The notes beneath the pieces were generated by a model. The model saw nothing but the letters and a program-made list of their open reading frames with translations. It did not search any database and had not been told where the DNA came from. Positions 1-13,900 of a DNA stretch of 64,000 bases are shown piece after piece. Origin of the DNA: Ruditapes philippinarum. Its lineage: Eukaryota. Position numbers and translations under genes: made by a program. Each line of letters opens with the position of its first letter. Within the stretch, counting starts at the first letter, position 1. The stretch spans positions 62,001 through 126,000 of the forward strand of contig NW_026865099.1 in assembly GCF_026571515.1 (NCBI RefSeq). The letters are read 5' to 3'.

Positions 1-554
1 GGATATTTAGATCAAAACAGCAGCCTCTAGAGTGTTTACAAGGTTTGTTCCATATTTGGATTGTGTGACCTAGTTTTTGACCCCAAGTGACACATATTAG
101 AACTTGACGTGAAGATCATCATAACAACCTTTCAATCCTATTTCTAGGATATTTGGACTGGAACAGTAGCCCCAAGAGTATTAACAATGTTTATTCATAT
201 TTGGGTTTCGTGACCTACTTTTTGACCCCAGATGTCCTATTATTGAACTTTACCTAGAAATCATCAAAACAACCTTTTGGAACAATTTCCAGGATATTTG
301 GATCAAAACAGTAGCCACTAGAGTGTTGTTAACAAGATTTTTCATTATTTAGCTCCTGTGACCTAGTTTTTCATCAGCGGTGACCCATGCTTAAACACAT
401 CCAAGCAATTACTTAGACAAACAACATGACCAAGTTTGATGACAATTGAGGCTAAAATGTGACCACTAGAGAGTTAATGAACTAAATGTGGATGGACAAC
501 AGACTATTGACATTCAACAATCCTAAAAGCTCTGCGAGCCAGCTCAGGTGAGCT
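1..554 (+). mobile_element. 3' part of a satellite-bearing Helentron/HINE-like non-autonomous element (about 145-bp units)
   Basis: Same GTGACCTAGTTTTT...TAGAGTGTTAACAAG units and the same GCTCAGGTGAGCT terminus as 26852-28518. Ends 166 nt before the ATG of paralog 1. Confidence 0.75.
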
Positions 555-720
555 GCACAGCAAAAGGGACCTGACGTAATATTTATTTTTAGAGCTCCAA
601 TAATCATTGTTTAAGAATTTGAATAAATGATCATTCATTGGAGGGAAAATCTTTAAATTGTCAGTACTGCACAAAACTGTTAACAGAAATGTTAAAAGGT
701 GCATTAAAGTTAAATAAGAT

Positions 721-2825
721 ATGGAAGAAAGACACAGATCAGCTCTTAGAAGAGTGCGTCTTGAAATTGTTAAAGATCTTGATTTGGGAACAAAGCTTTA
801 TGCTGAACTGATACGAGCAAAAATCTTTAAAGAAGATCAGATTGAACAAATAAAGGTATTTAGATTTTTCATATTCTGTAAAGAAAATGTTTAAATATGG
901 CAACAATGTAGCTTTGTAAAACTATTTTAGATGAAAGATTTCAAATATTTTTTCATAAAGCTGCAAAAAGAAAATAGACTGGTTATCAAAATTTGTAAAC
1001 TGTTAATAATGGGCATAACAGTTATTTTGATATTTTATTTGTCATCTAAATTGCATTAAAAATGAAGTCATTTACTATGTAAAATTCTGGTTAATTACAT
1101 AGAATGTGACCAGGCAAAAGTTTAATGCATTCATATTGGACAGACAATGACAAAACAAGTAGCAGTCAAAGACTCACATATCTACGCCAAACAAGAAAAA
1201 AACTTACTTTGCACCAAAAAATTATAAAAAAAATGATGTCAAATTTCATCTGTTCTACATTCTATTATAGGCACAATCTACAACTTGTGATCAAGTAAAC
1301 AAACTGTTGGACTTTCTACCAAAAAGAGGACCACAGGCTTTTGATAAGTTTTTAAATCTTGTCAAAAAGGATTATAACTGGCTTGCAGATGAGCTAGAAA
1401 ATGAGCTTGAAAAAGGTAAATTGGACAGAATGATGGATTAGTCAGTATTAATCTTCATACATTGATTCACTCAGTACAATAAATTTGAAGAAACAATCAA
1501 GACTTTTTAACTTGGGTATAGAGACAATAAATATTTAAATTGAAAATATCAAAATGTCTTGTCTCAATTCTTAGACAATATTAACTTGATATGTTAATAC
1601 CTTTACCTACTTCCTTTTTTATTAAGTACCCACAAAGAATTATCCAAAAAGAAGTTGTAAAAAAAAAATCTTCGGCATTACATATCACTTAAGATTTTAA
1701 AACAAGTATAAGGTAATTGTCAAAAATTATGTTTCAGTCTCACCTGGAAACCAAATCAAACAACTCCCTTCAAACAGTCATGAGAACTTGAGTGAGCATG
1801 AGCAGACACAAGAGATGACTAACACTTACCTCACCACTGCTGCTGCTTTCAATGGAACTCACACAGATACAAACAAAAAGTTGATGAATAGAGGTGCAAG
1901 TCCTATTCAAATAATTGAACCTATAAGAGAAATTATAAAAAATAGGAGGCATAATGCAACTCAAACTGAAGAAGGACTATTTGCTAATGCAGACGACAAG
2001 GCCATAAATGAGGGTGACTTATCAAAAACTAAAAGTCATCCTGCAGAATCCACAAATATTGAATCTTTGGATAATGATGATGTAAATCATACAAACACTG
2101 CTCTACCATGGAATAAACAGGTTCAAATGGAGGCCATGAAGCAATTGTATACAAAAGTTATTGGCATAACATCCCAAAATACAGAAACTGTAGAAAGCAA
2201 AGAAGTTACATGGGAGCATATGAACTGTGAAATTGACAAATTGGCAGAAATGTTGAGAAATTCTGATGATTCAAAAATGCTTAATATGTGCTATGAAATA
2301 CTTCCCAACGAAACTTCAAGACAACCACTGAATCAAACTATGAAAAGCTTGCTACAAGACAAAGAAAATCTTCATAAAGAGGTAAAAAAACTAGAGAAGA
2401 TTTGTGAAAAATTAGAGAAAGAGAATGAGAAGTATATAGATGATGTGTATAAAAAATCTAACGAACTTAAAAAAGTCCAAAATGAACATGATAAAGCACT
2501 AAAAAAAATTAAAGAAAATTGCGAAACATTATTAGATGCTAAGGATAAGACATGTATGGAACAGATAGAAGAAAAAAACAAGACATGTCTGGAACAGATA
2601 GAAGAAAAAAACAAGAAAATTGAGGATCTGGAAAAGAAAGTGGAGGAACTCTCAGCACAAAAGCCTAGTCAGAATCCCTTAAAAGTTGATTCTACCAGAC
2701 AACTTGGAAGAACAAGGGCTCAAAGATCTTATTCAGTTTCTTCACAGTCATATACCACAAATAAAACATTTTCCAGGCAAAAAGATGGTCACAGCAAGGT
2801 TCTAAAAGTTATGAAAAAAATATAG
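721..2825 (+). CDS. CARD + coiled-coil protein, paralog 1 (455 aa, 3 coding exons)
   Basis: Exons 721-855 (MEERHRSALRRVRLEIVKDLDLGTKLYAELIRAKIFKEDQIEQIK, donor gtattt), 1271-1415 (AQSTTCDQVNKLLDFLPKRGPQAFDKFLNLVKKDYNWLADELENELEK; acceptor ttatag, donor gtaaat) and 1738-2825 (acceptor tttcag, in frame with ORF 1788-2825). Intron phases 0 and 1 join into an open frame. CARD motif followed by a K/E-rich coiled coil. Confidence 0.9.
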
Positions 2826-2922
2826 TTTGTAGACATAAATATCAAACAGTGATTTTACAATCAACAGAGGCTTAAATCATTATTATACATTTCTGAAACT
2901 AGAGGGTCATGATGATCTATTT

Positions 2923-3654
2923 CATGGTTCATACAGGACTTAAGCAAACAAATTCAAGGATTTTTAAGAACCTTTTATCAATATTTAAGGACTATTTTAG
3001 TCGCTTGTGGCTTAAATCTTTATGACCATTCAGGCTCTTCATGATGGAACAAAAGTTATAAATCAGTTTTATTTCTGAAAAACTACCTTTATGATTTACA
3101 TAGAAAAAGTTCCAGTCACTTTAAATGTCAATAATAGATTTATCTGCCTACATACAAACAAAACAGTTACAAGTCACTTTAGAGCACTTTTTCTCATTGT
3201 TTCTATGTCTATAAGTTTATCGCAGAACGTACATAAACACTTATGCTTGTCAGACTTAAACTCCTTAAGCCACAGTGAATATTTATCCTCTGGAAGTCAT
3301 TTAGTAGTAGCAAAACACACTTATTTTCAGGACCACTCATCTTGACCTTGCTTTGTTGTGCATGATCACACTAGAAATTATTCATGTTGTGAGAATTGTA
3401 ATTCATACCTTAAACCCGTATTTATCCATACCAAAATCGCGTTTAACTTGTGTTCACAATCAGAGTGGGTGGGATGCACGTACATTTTCTTATTGTTTTT
3501 TTTTTTTCACTTTTTTTGATGTCATTGTTATTACACCCTCCATTTTTTTCAAAATCCAAGGACTTTTCCAGCTTTTTTTGAAAATTCAAGGACTTTTCCA
3601 AGGGATTTTTTACAAGCAATATTCAAGGACTTTCAAGGACCTGTGCAAACCATT
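2923..3654. mobile_element. degenerate hAT-like MITE
   Basis: Imperfect TIRs (CATGGTTCATACAGG / CCTGTGCAAACCAT) and clusters of TTCAAGGAC subterminal motifs at both ends. TSD not clear. Confidence 0.5.
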
Positions 3655-3767
3655 CTTTAAATTTCTTGTAATACTTTTTTTATTTTTATTTTTTTATTTA
3701 TTCTTTGTTTATAAATATTTATTTAAGCTTGATAGCGAAACAAGTTCTTGTAACTTATGTTAATCAT

Positions 3768-3895
3768 TTTCGAGTTCGCTTCCTGGATCTAACCAGAACT
3801 GGTGTCATATGAAGAAACATGGTCATGACCTATAGCTTGAACCCATGATCCCTGGGTTGAGTGGCAAACACTTTAACTACTAGGCCACAACTCCC
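3768..3895 (-). mobile_element. tRNA-derived SINE fragment
   Basis: Minus-strand GTGGCCTAGTAGTTAAAGTG...GGGTTCAAG head (A/B-box-like) with a body similar to 58305-58475. Confidence 0.5.
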
Positions 3896-4083
3896 CTATT
3901 AATTACTTACATGTATACAGTTTTGAGACTAGAAAATTCTTGATATCATTTGCTTATTGTTTTATAAAATTTCTTTTTGACTCAATATACATTGTTGAAC
4001 TATTTTCAGTATCTGAATTTTGCTTGTTGGTTAATGTTCTTTGTTTTTTATAAATTTTATTAATATGATATTCTTTGATGAAA

Positions 4084-4273
4084 TGAGCCGTGTCACGACA
4101 AAACCAACATAGTGCGTTTGCGACCAGCATTCGCGCAGTCTGATCAGGATCCATGCTGTTCACTTACCAACTCTATAACAAGTAGAGAAACTGATAGCGA
4201 ACAGCATGGATCCTGATCAGACTGTGTGGATGGTCGCAAACGCACTATGTTGGTTTTGTCGTGAAACGGCTCA
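4084..4273. mobile_element. palindromic (foldback) MITE, 190 bp
   Basis: 43-bp TIRs with one mismatch (4084-4126 / 4231-4273) plus an inner inverted repeat CAGTCTGATCAGGATCCATGCTGTTC / GAACAGCATGGATCCTGATCAGACTG. Confidence 0.85.
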
Positions 4274-4427
4274 ATTGTACTTTGTTGTTTCATTCATTAA
4301 ACAGATATAGCCAATTAAATCTTATTTTGTTTCTTGCAATTAATATTGTCTATTTGACCCGAGAAAAACAAGAGCACCCCATAGGTGTGGCATTATACAA
4401 CTGAATGCAATTTTGTTTCAAGTAAAT

Positions 4428-5886
4428 ACTAGAAATGTGTCATCATGCCACGGATGCCCCCGCATGCAGCCAAAATTTCAGATGTTATAATATTTAGTTC
4501 CAAATTTGTTTGCACAAATAATTTTTTTCATTTTAAGTTCAAAGCCCTTAAAACTTTTCAATGTTAACACAAACCATTTTCATACACTGTTCAAGGCACT
4601 TGAAATTATTCAGTCTAAACCTTTTTTGAAAATAGCATATTTCATATTTGTAGCCAAAATAATGGCTACATACATTTCAGTGCCTGAAACTGAAAGTTCA
4701 AAATTTTTACAACATTCAAGAAAGATAAGTTTGTCCAAATCATTGAACCACAACCAAATTCAAACTTAAACTGCTTATTCCTAAGATGTATCTATATTAT
4801 TCTCAAAGTGAAAGGACATAACTCTGCCAAAAAGTCATCGAACCATGACCAAATTCAAACTTGACCTGCCCATTCCTTTGACATATCCATTATTTGAGTT
4901 GAATATGTAAACACTGTTGGGTAGATAATGAACAGAAAACTGTAAATTTCATATTATTTTCAAAGTGAAAGGGGCATTACTCTGCCAAAAAATCATTGAA
5001 CCATGACCAAATTCCAACTTGGCCTGGGCATTCCAAAAATATATCCATATGTCAAATTTGAGTTGAATGTGTTGTACCATTGGGGAGATAATAAACAGAA
5101 ACTGAAAATTTCATATTATTTTCAAAGTGAAAGGGGCATAACTCTGCCAAAAATCATTGAACCATAACCAAACTTTGAACTTGACCTGCGCATTCCTGTG
5201 ACGTATCCATATGTCAAGTTTGAGTTAAAAAGTGTTGTACCATTGGGGAGATAATGACCGGAAACTGAAAATTTCATATTATTTCCAAAGTGAAAGGGGC
5301 ATAACTCTGCCAAAAATCATTGAACCATGACCAAATTCGAACTTGACCTGTATTTTGTCACGACATATCCATATGTCAAATTTGAGTTGAATGTGTTGTA
5401 CTGTTGTGGAGATAATGAACGGAAACTGAAAATTTCATATTATTTTCAAAGTAAAAGGGGCATAACTCTGCCAAAAATCATCGAACCATGACCAAATTCG
5501 AACTTGACCTGTATTTTCTCATGACATATCCATATGTCAAGTTTGAGTTGAATGTGTTGTACCATTGGGGAGATAATGAACGGAAACTGAAAATTTCATA
5601 TTATTTTAAAGTAAAAGGGGCATAACTCTGCCAAAAATCATCAAACCATGACCAAATTCGAACTTGACCTGTATTTTCTCACGACATATCCATATGTCAA
5701 ATTTGAGTTGAATGTGTGCAACCGTTACTAAGATAATGAACGGAAACTGATGATGACGGAATGACAGAATGACGGAATGACGGAAGGACGGAATGACGGA
5801 AGGACGGAATGACGGAAGGACGGAATGACGGAAGGACGGAACAGGGTAACACTATATGCCCCGGCCATTACATGGCGGGGGCATAA
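4428..5886 (+). mobile_element. satellite-bearing Helentron/HINE-like element (about 161-bp units)
   Basis: 5' ACTAGA...ATGCCCCCGC sub-terminal IR, about 6 tandem units (GGGCATAACTCTGCCAAAAATCA...), a (GACGGAAT/GACGGAAG)n microsatellite at 5755-5840 and a 3' hairpin ATGCCCCGGCCAT-TAC-ATGGCGGGGGCAT. Confidence 0.85.
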
Positions 5887-6785
5887 AAATTTAAAGCTAT
5901 CAAAAAAATATGTTTAAACTAAGAGGATACACATTTACAACATTTGTCCAAAACATGTTTTATTTCAATTATCAATATTTTTAAGATCTTTATTGAGACA
6001 TGCCAAAGAGCTATGCTCTTGTCACATGAATACTTAGTGACAATAATATATGCGACAGCTTTCCCTTGTGGAGTACAGACCTAGACATGTCACCAGTCAT
6101 GCCATTTTGAAGCAAAGAGTGGTAATTATTTATCTCATTGTATGTGTGTATGTATTCTAGGCTTAATGAGGGTCCATCTACTCTTTCAGGCACTAAGATT
6201 ATGATCCCTAGACATGTCACCATTCATGTCCTAAAATGTTATATCAACCAAAACTTGACATATAAATTTTGACATTTTTGAAATTACAGTTACCATAGCA
6301 GGGACTCACAGGTATAGACATGTTAGAAATTACATAACTTTACAGTAGCAGGGGCTCACAGATATAGATATGTTAGAAATTACAGTTACAGAAGCAGGGA
6401 CTCACAGATATAGACATGTTGCAGTAATTTGCTGAATGATACTAAATATGTATGCAAGTCAATTTTTGTGACGATACTATTTTGATGCATGGTAGGCCAA
6501 TGAGACCATTTTATGCATAATAGAGAAAAATAAATGCTCATATTTTTCAGATGAGTTTGACTGACTGATTATGCAACTCAGACTGCTACCTGACACATAT
6601 TTTCCATATCCACGACCTACATGTAAGTGCAATCTTTCCCTTTTTTTTCAGGCGAATTTGTAGCATATATACTGACTGAAAACAACAAAAATGTTGGTTT
6701 TTAAAGTATAAAAATTAAAAAAAAACATACAAATAATACTATACTAGAAATTCAAAAGCACAAAACATTATGCCTTAAAAATAAT

Positions 6786-7265
6786 AACAAGAGCCATGTT
6801 AACATGGCCATCCCCAGCTGAATGTGGTTGCTCATTGGAAGAATGTATATGAAGTAGAGTAGAATAATTCAATTTTTAGAGATCTTTTGGTAGTGAAAAC
6901 TGATGGCTGAAGTGATTACAAATTTGAAACCTATGTGAATACTGATGGCTAAAAATAACAAAGGGCAATAACTTAAAATTATGCAGGGTAGGTTATCATT
7001 CTTGTGTGCTGCACTCCTCCTCAATGAGATCTATCCACCTATGAAGTTTCATGTTGATATCTCAAAGGCTTTTGAGTTATGCTCTGGACAAAAATTTAGT
7101 TTGAAAAATAACAAAGGGCAATAACTGAAAAATTATGCAGGGTAGAGTTATCATTCTTGTGCAATGCACTCCTCCTCAATATGATCTATCCACCTATGAA
7201 GTTTCAAGTTGATACCTCAAAAACTTCTTCAGATATGCTACGGACAAAAATGTGGGAAGGAAGGT
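6786..7265 (+). mobile_element. truncated HINE-like element (2 repeat units)
   Basis: AACAAGAGCCATGTTAACATGGC 5' hairpin and two AACAAAGGGCAATAAC...GTTATCATTCTTGTG units related to the 36-37.6 kb array. Confidence 0.6.
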
Positions 7266-9354
7266 GATGCAAAACCTAAAATTAATGATATGACTAGTTG
7301 ACACCTGGGTAGGTATGATTAGCTCCACTATTCATTCATCATTTTGTTTGTTTTACTGGATTTTAAGTGACAACAACTCTCTTAAGGTGACTATAACTTT
7401 ACTGGAGCTGGAATACCTTCCGTACTGCTTTGTGCATTATTTCAGACACAAGCTAACACATGTCAGTAACACCACTCCCCTTACATGAGCTAGCTTGATA
7501 GCTTCCTTATAAGAAAGAAACCAAAGTCATTAGGGGATTCGAGCCCACAACATTGAGGGGAAAGTGATTTGAACTTAAGGACACAGCCACACCCAAGAAC
7601 TATGAGGGAGGGGTAAAAACAATGTAGGTTTGGTTTTACGCTGACTTGAACATAATTTTTGGTCTTCTCTCAACATTAAGTTCACCTTCACTTGCTTCAC
7701 TGGCTATCCAACCGGAAATAACAATTTCTCCATAACAACTATTAATCCAACATGATTTTTGAATCAGTGGTGAGAGAGAGACTCAACTGTCACAGACAAA
7801 TTTTGCCTCACCCATTAGATTCAAACCTACAACATCTAAACCAAACTTTCTAAAACAGTAGTTGAAAAACTAGTGGAAGAAAACAAATAGAATTCCATTA
7901 CAAAATAAGAATTTCAAGAATTGGTGATTACATTTAACTTGTATTATAACTTTTTTTCCTTTTCAGTCCATTCTTAATTTCATAAAACAAAAGAAACACA
8001 TTTATTTTTTTAAAAAAAGACAGTAATCATGCCACTTGATGTCATAAAATTATATAATGATCTTATATCTTAATCTTTTCATCACATTAACTAGACCCTA
8101 GAAGCTATCATATACAACTTTAAATAATCAATGTTATGTTAATCTTTTGTAAATCTTTGGTACAGTATTTCAAATGCTGTCGAGGCCACCTGATAAATTA
8201 TAACCTATCATTGGATATTCCATTTTGTCTTACCACATACAAAGCCAGAGAGGCCTTGGAAGTAGCAAACTTCAGCAAACATTTTTTTCAAATTTGGAAA
8301 AACACAGTACTATTCATATCAGTATATAAATTGGGAAAACCTTCAGCTAGCATAGTGACCAACAATTTTGAAGATTTACAAAAGGAAATTGGGAACAAAA
8401 CACTTTTCTTTTACATGGTATATTTGTTAACAATATACATAAAAGCTTATTGAGGTAAACCATTTTAAATATGAAATTATATGCAAGAAAAAATATCTGA
8501 CATATGTTTGCAGTTCGAATGGGAATATCTGTCCCTCGGGAAACCGCCCAATGGGCGGGGTCCCTCAAGATCTGAATATCCTTCCTGAGGGGACCAATTT
8601 ACTCATGGGAAGTTTCCCGAGGGATGGATATACCAATCCTTACCGCAACATATGATAGAAATTATTACTCTTAAAATTTGTATTATTATTTGATAATTTT
8701 TTTTTTTAACACTTCACATAAGAATTTTCATCAGTTGTATCAATTACAGACTAAGTGAAAACTTTTATTCCACATCTATTTTATGCCAAAATAGGGGGGA
8801 AAAATAACAGAAGAATAAAATTATAACTGTCAGAGGTGCTACCAAGGTTACCCTATGTTTTGACATGTCATAAATTTCAAGCAGGTCTGGTACTTCATTT
8901 TCTAATATACAGATATATGATTATTCTACAATATGATAAGAATACATAGATTCAGTGGGAATAAAGGTTTGATTGCACTAAAGCTGAAAAAAGCTATCCT
9001 GGTTTCAAGGCCTCAATAGACTTACTCCAGAATAAAGAATATTTTGGGTTTTTCCCAGCTTATCCAGGGATACAAATTACAGTTCCGAAAATATGCGCAA
9101 CAGGTATCTATTGTGACCGGTAGTGCACCATGAAGCTAAAACGGTATAGGTCTGTATGTACGAAAACTAACATCTATTGATCATTGATAATGGACAGACA
9201 GTAGAAGTTTCCAATTTTGTGAGGATTAATAGTAAATACATGTGGAAGAAAAGCAAATAATGATGCCTCTAAGGCTTCCCATGATTATTAATAATGTTAA
9301 TATGCCCACATATAGGATTTATTGCAAACATATTAACACACTGTCAGATAAGCA

Positions 9355-9860
9355 AAGCTGGTAGCAGGGGCCTTGAAAGTTCAAGACACATTTGATCATT
9401 ATGTTGATCCTTAAGGATTTAGCCATGCTGCCAGCAAGGCCTCAATTGACAATTATGAAGAATTGAAATATTTAAGATTAATGAAATCACTGTTTCCAGC
9501 AGGGCCTCACCTATTCATTATGTTGATTTGAAACATTAAGGAATAATGAAATCAGTGCTTCCAGCAGGGCCTCACCTTTTCATTATGTTGATTTGAAACA
9601 TTAAGGTACAATGTATAATGAAATCAGTGCTTCCAGCAGGGCCTCACCTATTCATTATGTTGATTTGAAACATTAAGGAATAATGAAATCAGTGCTTCCA
9701 GCAGAGCCTCACCTATTTATTATGTTGAATTAAATGAAAACTGAGTGCTGCCAACGATGATAAAAAAGAGTTGACATTTATGATTTTAATGAAATCAGTG
9801 CTTCCAGCTGGGCCTCACCAGATCATTATGTTGAATTGACACATAAAGGATTAATGATCT
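9355..9860. repeat. tandem repeat, about 60-70-bp unit, about 7 degenerate copies
   Basis: Recurrent AATGAAATCAGTGCTTCCAGCAGGGCCTCACCTATTCATTATGTTGATTTGAAACATTAAGG. Confidence 0.85.
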
Positions 9861-10917
9861 TCAGAAACATGTACCGATTAATTCCATATGCCGTATTTGA
9901 TCTACCTCTTATCGGTATTTATTTACATAAACTTTGAATGCAATGGCAACACTAATTCAAAACTGTTTATTGTAACAAGTGATCATTCTCAAGGATTTTT
10001 CGTGATTTCTTTTTAAAACAAGTCATTATATATCTATAATACAATAATTTGTTTTGCTTCTTTGACAAATAAAAGGAAATTTATCAATCAATCAATCAAT
10101 TAATCAAGAAAGCTTCTTCCTTTTCAGTATCTAACTGTAATTCTTATCTTCAAAATTTAAATGTGGTATATCAAGTTACAATAATCCAAACTTTAAAAAT
10201 TTAGACGGAAGATGGACACCCATGGCATAGAGTGGAATAAAAAAAACAATTTAAGGACTAATTATTGCAAAATATCGTTATGATAGGATTACTTATCATA
10301 TGCTTTACTCTAAAGTGCTTTACTTACGATCGACACAATTACAACTTTGTGAAGGGATTACCGGAATAAGCGCGAAAAACAAGACCACTGATCAGACTGA
10401 CCTAAATATTATTAATCTTATAAACTTTTTTAGTGGGTTGGTCAGTGAAGCCGATTAGTTTTTTTTTAATTGTTTCTCTTAACGGCAGTTGCTATATACA
10501 TGGTGGGGTTTAAGTTCCTGACTCACTCACACGTACAGTGACTACATCAAAGACGTGATATTGTAAATTACTACTTGTATCATTGTGTCATTGAAAAACA
10601 ATAATAGCAATAAAAAAAATATGATTATATTTAGAACTAGGAAAAAAATGGATTTCATAGAATTGGAAATAAGATGAATGGACGAAATTGACGCAATTAA
10701 AAGACAAAAAGTTGCGTATTATCAATATCACAATAACTGGAAATTATTTGATTTAGATTTACAAATACTGAAATAAAATTGTGATAATTTTAATGACTCT
10801 AAGGTCTAGTTAAAAGTAATCATTGTGAATCTACAACAACAGTCTATTAAACACATCAAATTTAAATTTTTGTTATAAATCTTTTGTGACAATTTCAAGT
10901 CTTGAGAACAAACCACA

Positions 10918-13900
10918 ATGAACGAGATACAGAAATCGGTTTTACAGCGGCACTATAAGCAGTTGTCAGATGATATTATGATGACAGAAGATCTACTGGC
11001 AACACTCTTCACTAGAAAGGTGTTTGAGAGGGGGATGATTGAAACAATAAAGGTAATGCTCTCTTTTTTAAAATCTCTATAAAATTATTTCGCTATTTAT
11101 TATTTATCTCGTTTTTCAAAAAAAAAATCTCTTTGTAAAAACTGTTTTACTATGTTATATAATGTTTTGTTGTGCTTCTTTTTTTTTGTTTCAAAACTGG
11201 GGTTCATTTTGATTTGTTGTTATTTGTTTATTTAAAAAATAATCCAAATGTCATTATCATCATCATCATCATTATCATCATCATCATCATCACCATCTTC
11301 ATCATCATCATCATTATTATGTACATCTTATTCTTGTTTTTGTATTTATCATTATTATGATATCATCATCATCGCCAGCCATCATAATCATCAATATTTC
11401 ATAATTGAAATTTCTTATCATTTATCTAATCTTATTTTATTATTATTGATGTTTTATTCTTAATTTTATTTTATAAATACCGGTATTATTATAACATCAT
11501 CACCACTCATCTACTTATTCATAATCGCAATTATCAGTTCACCTGCTTACTGAGTGAGTTACTTATTCTGACTATGCAGCCAGTGCAATCTGATCATGGT
11601 CTGCACAGAGTTAGTTATTCAGTTGGTACATATTTTATAATCTCCCTAAAATTGATGAATTAGTATAATCCAGATTGAAGATGGGCAAGTCTATTTAAGA
11701 TATATATTGTGGTACCGGTTATTACATAAAAAAGCCGATGGTACATTAAAAAGATCTATATCCCTAAGTTTTGACAAATAAAATTTTAAATAAATAAACT
11801 GAATAATATAACTGCATGTAACACATTAAGATTTCATTTTAATTCCTGAATACAGTCAAACCTGTGAACAAGGTCATACAAAGGAGGGACCAAAAGTGAC
11901 TTTTATAGCCAAGTGGTCTTTATTGAGGGGTTGTCTTTAACCGTTTGTTAAATTTGTTGAAGAATGGTCTTAACTTGCAGGGTGGTCTTTCTTCAGAGGT
12001 AGTGTTTAACACAGGTTTAACTGTTACTTTGAGTTTCAAATTAAGATTTGAGTTTTCTCACACTTGCTGTATCTCTTTCTTTTCTTGAATGAAAAAGGCA
12101 AAGAATACCTGACATGCAAAATAACATTAACTTACAAAAAAGTGGTATTTTTTATCTGATAAGAATTCAAATAAGGTAAATTGAGCCTGTTTAGATAAAC
12201 TGCATGTAACCAAATAAAACTTCAGCTCAAACTACTTTTATGTTAAGGTGTTCAGTAAATTGCACAACACCATATGGGTTACATAAATATATAAAAAAAA
12301 AAATCAAAGTATAAGTTTAAGAAATGTATCCAGGTGAAATCGCAAAGGCTCAATTCTGGTTGAACTGATCACACCCTCTCCTCTATCCCCAATGATAACA
12401 TTAAGGTCTGCAAAACTTTAATTAATTAGATAATTCAATTCATTCTAGTGGCAATTTTCATTAATACAGGCTGAGAAGACCCCAACGGACCAAGTGTACA
12501 AAATGTTATCAATGTTACCAAAACGAGGTCCCGATGCATTTGACATCTTTGTTGACATTGTAAAAGACGAGTATCCTTGGTTGGCTGCGATGCTGGAAAC
12601 CAGTCTTAAAAATGAAACAGAGTCAATGCTGCAGCTGCAGCGTCAGAATTCCCTCCTAAACCTGAGATGTACGTCTGCTACAACAACATCACAGAAAATA
12701 GAAAATCAGTCTCAAGTAGATGGTAAGTGAGAAAATATTTTAAATTTCGTCTTGAGTTACTTTTTCTTCTTTTTCATTTTTCAATATAGTTACAATCTTA
12801 TAATTTCAAAAGTTTGTGTACCCCCTGGATTTCCTGGGAAAAACCAAAATATTCTAAATTCTGTAGTAAGTCTATTATCAGTCTATTATCATTGGAATAG
12901 GTTGAAATGTATAAATGTATTAAATGCCCATCATTGTTTATGTATTCTTTACCAAAATAAATCTATATATTGACAATGTTTTCAGTTGATTACAATTTGT
13001 GATGGATAAGTTTTCTTAAGCATTCAGAATCTTCTCTTAGACATTTGTCATGTTTTCTTAAACATGATGTATGTTTTCTCAAACATTAACTATGTTCCCA
13101 TCTAATTTGGCTACCTTGCTACCATTTCCTTTTTTTTTAAATAACAGCAAACCTTTCTCTTTTACTTTATGCAATTTATTATTCAAAGTCATGGAAATCT
13201 TAATTATACAAGTTTGTCATCTTACCATTCTGCTTAATTTATGTTTAGGAACTACACCAAGACCACTGGAAGTGAATGCTGACCCTGACATAAAGACAAA
13301 AGTGGGAACCTTTATACACAAACAGTTTGGTCAGAGCAAAAGAATCTCACAACAAGATAAGAAAATCATGGAAAAATGGTTATCTGAACAATTACAAGCA
13401 GAGAGAAAAATTAGGTAATTGTCACTTATTTAGAAAACAAAATTCAGCAGTGTTATAATGGGTTAAGTATTTTTGCCTGTAACACAGTTGCTTTTTGATT
13501 AATACTCTTTGCCCATTGAGATATTTTGTATTCTTTGAATATATAGTCAAATTAGGTAAAATTTCTTAAGTCATTTATTGTCATAGTCAAATCATTGTCA
13601 GATATTTTGCAGTTCCTTAAATATATATGCATAGTTTCCAAGACAGTCTTTCAAGCTACCTCTGCTTTTACATTAAAGTCTAGACACTGAGAGTCAAATT
13701 AAAGTTATAAAATCCATGCTATTTCAGAATCCCAAGCTTATTTGTAAGCAAAATTAATACCTAAGTACACAGGTAAAATGTTTAAGATGAATAAAATCCT
13801 AACCATGTTTGTGTTTTTTGTATTTTTTTATATTTTATAACATTTTGAGAACATAGATAGAAAATTAATCTGCAATAAAAACAGCTAATTTCCTTCTCTA

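Noticed and set aside
2372-2614. Antisense Phe/Ser/Leu-rich ORFs (also 14208, 14593, 31169, 31397, 48642, 56398, 60707)
   Set aside because: Shadows of K/E-rich coiled-coil exons on the opposite strand.
8607-8618. NF-kB-like site GGGAAGTTTCCC upstream of paralog 2
   Set aside because: It lies in a GC-rich, partly palindromic repeat-like patch, has no counterpart at the other paralogs, and single motifs are expected by chance.
9355-9860. CRISPR-like regularly spaced repeats (also 35278-35875)
   Set aside because: The units are contiguous with no unique spacers, there are no cas genes, and the context is eukaryotic.
11172-11463. Poly-Ile and poly-Ser ORFs
   Set aside because: (ATC)n microsatellite within an intron.
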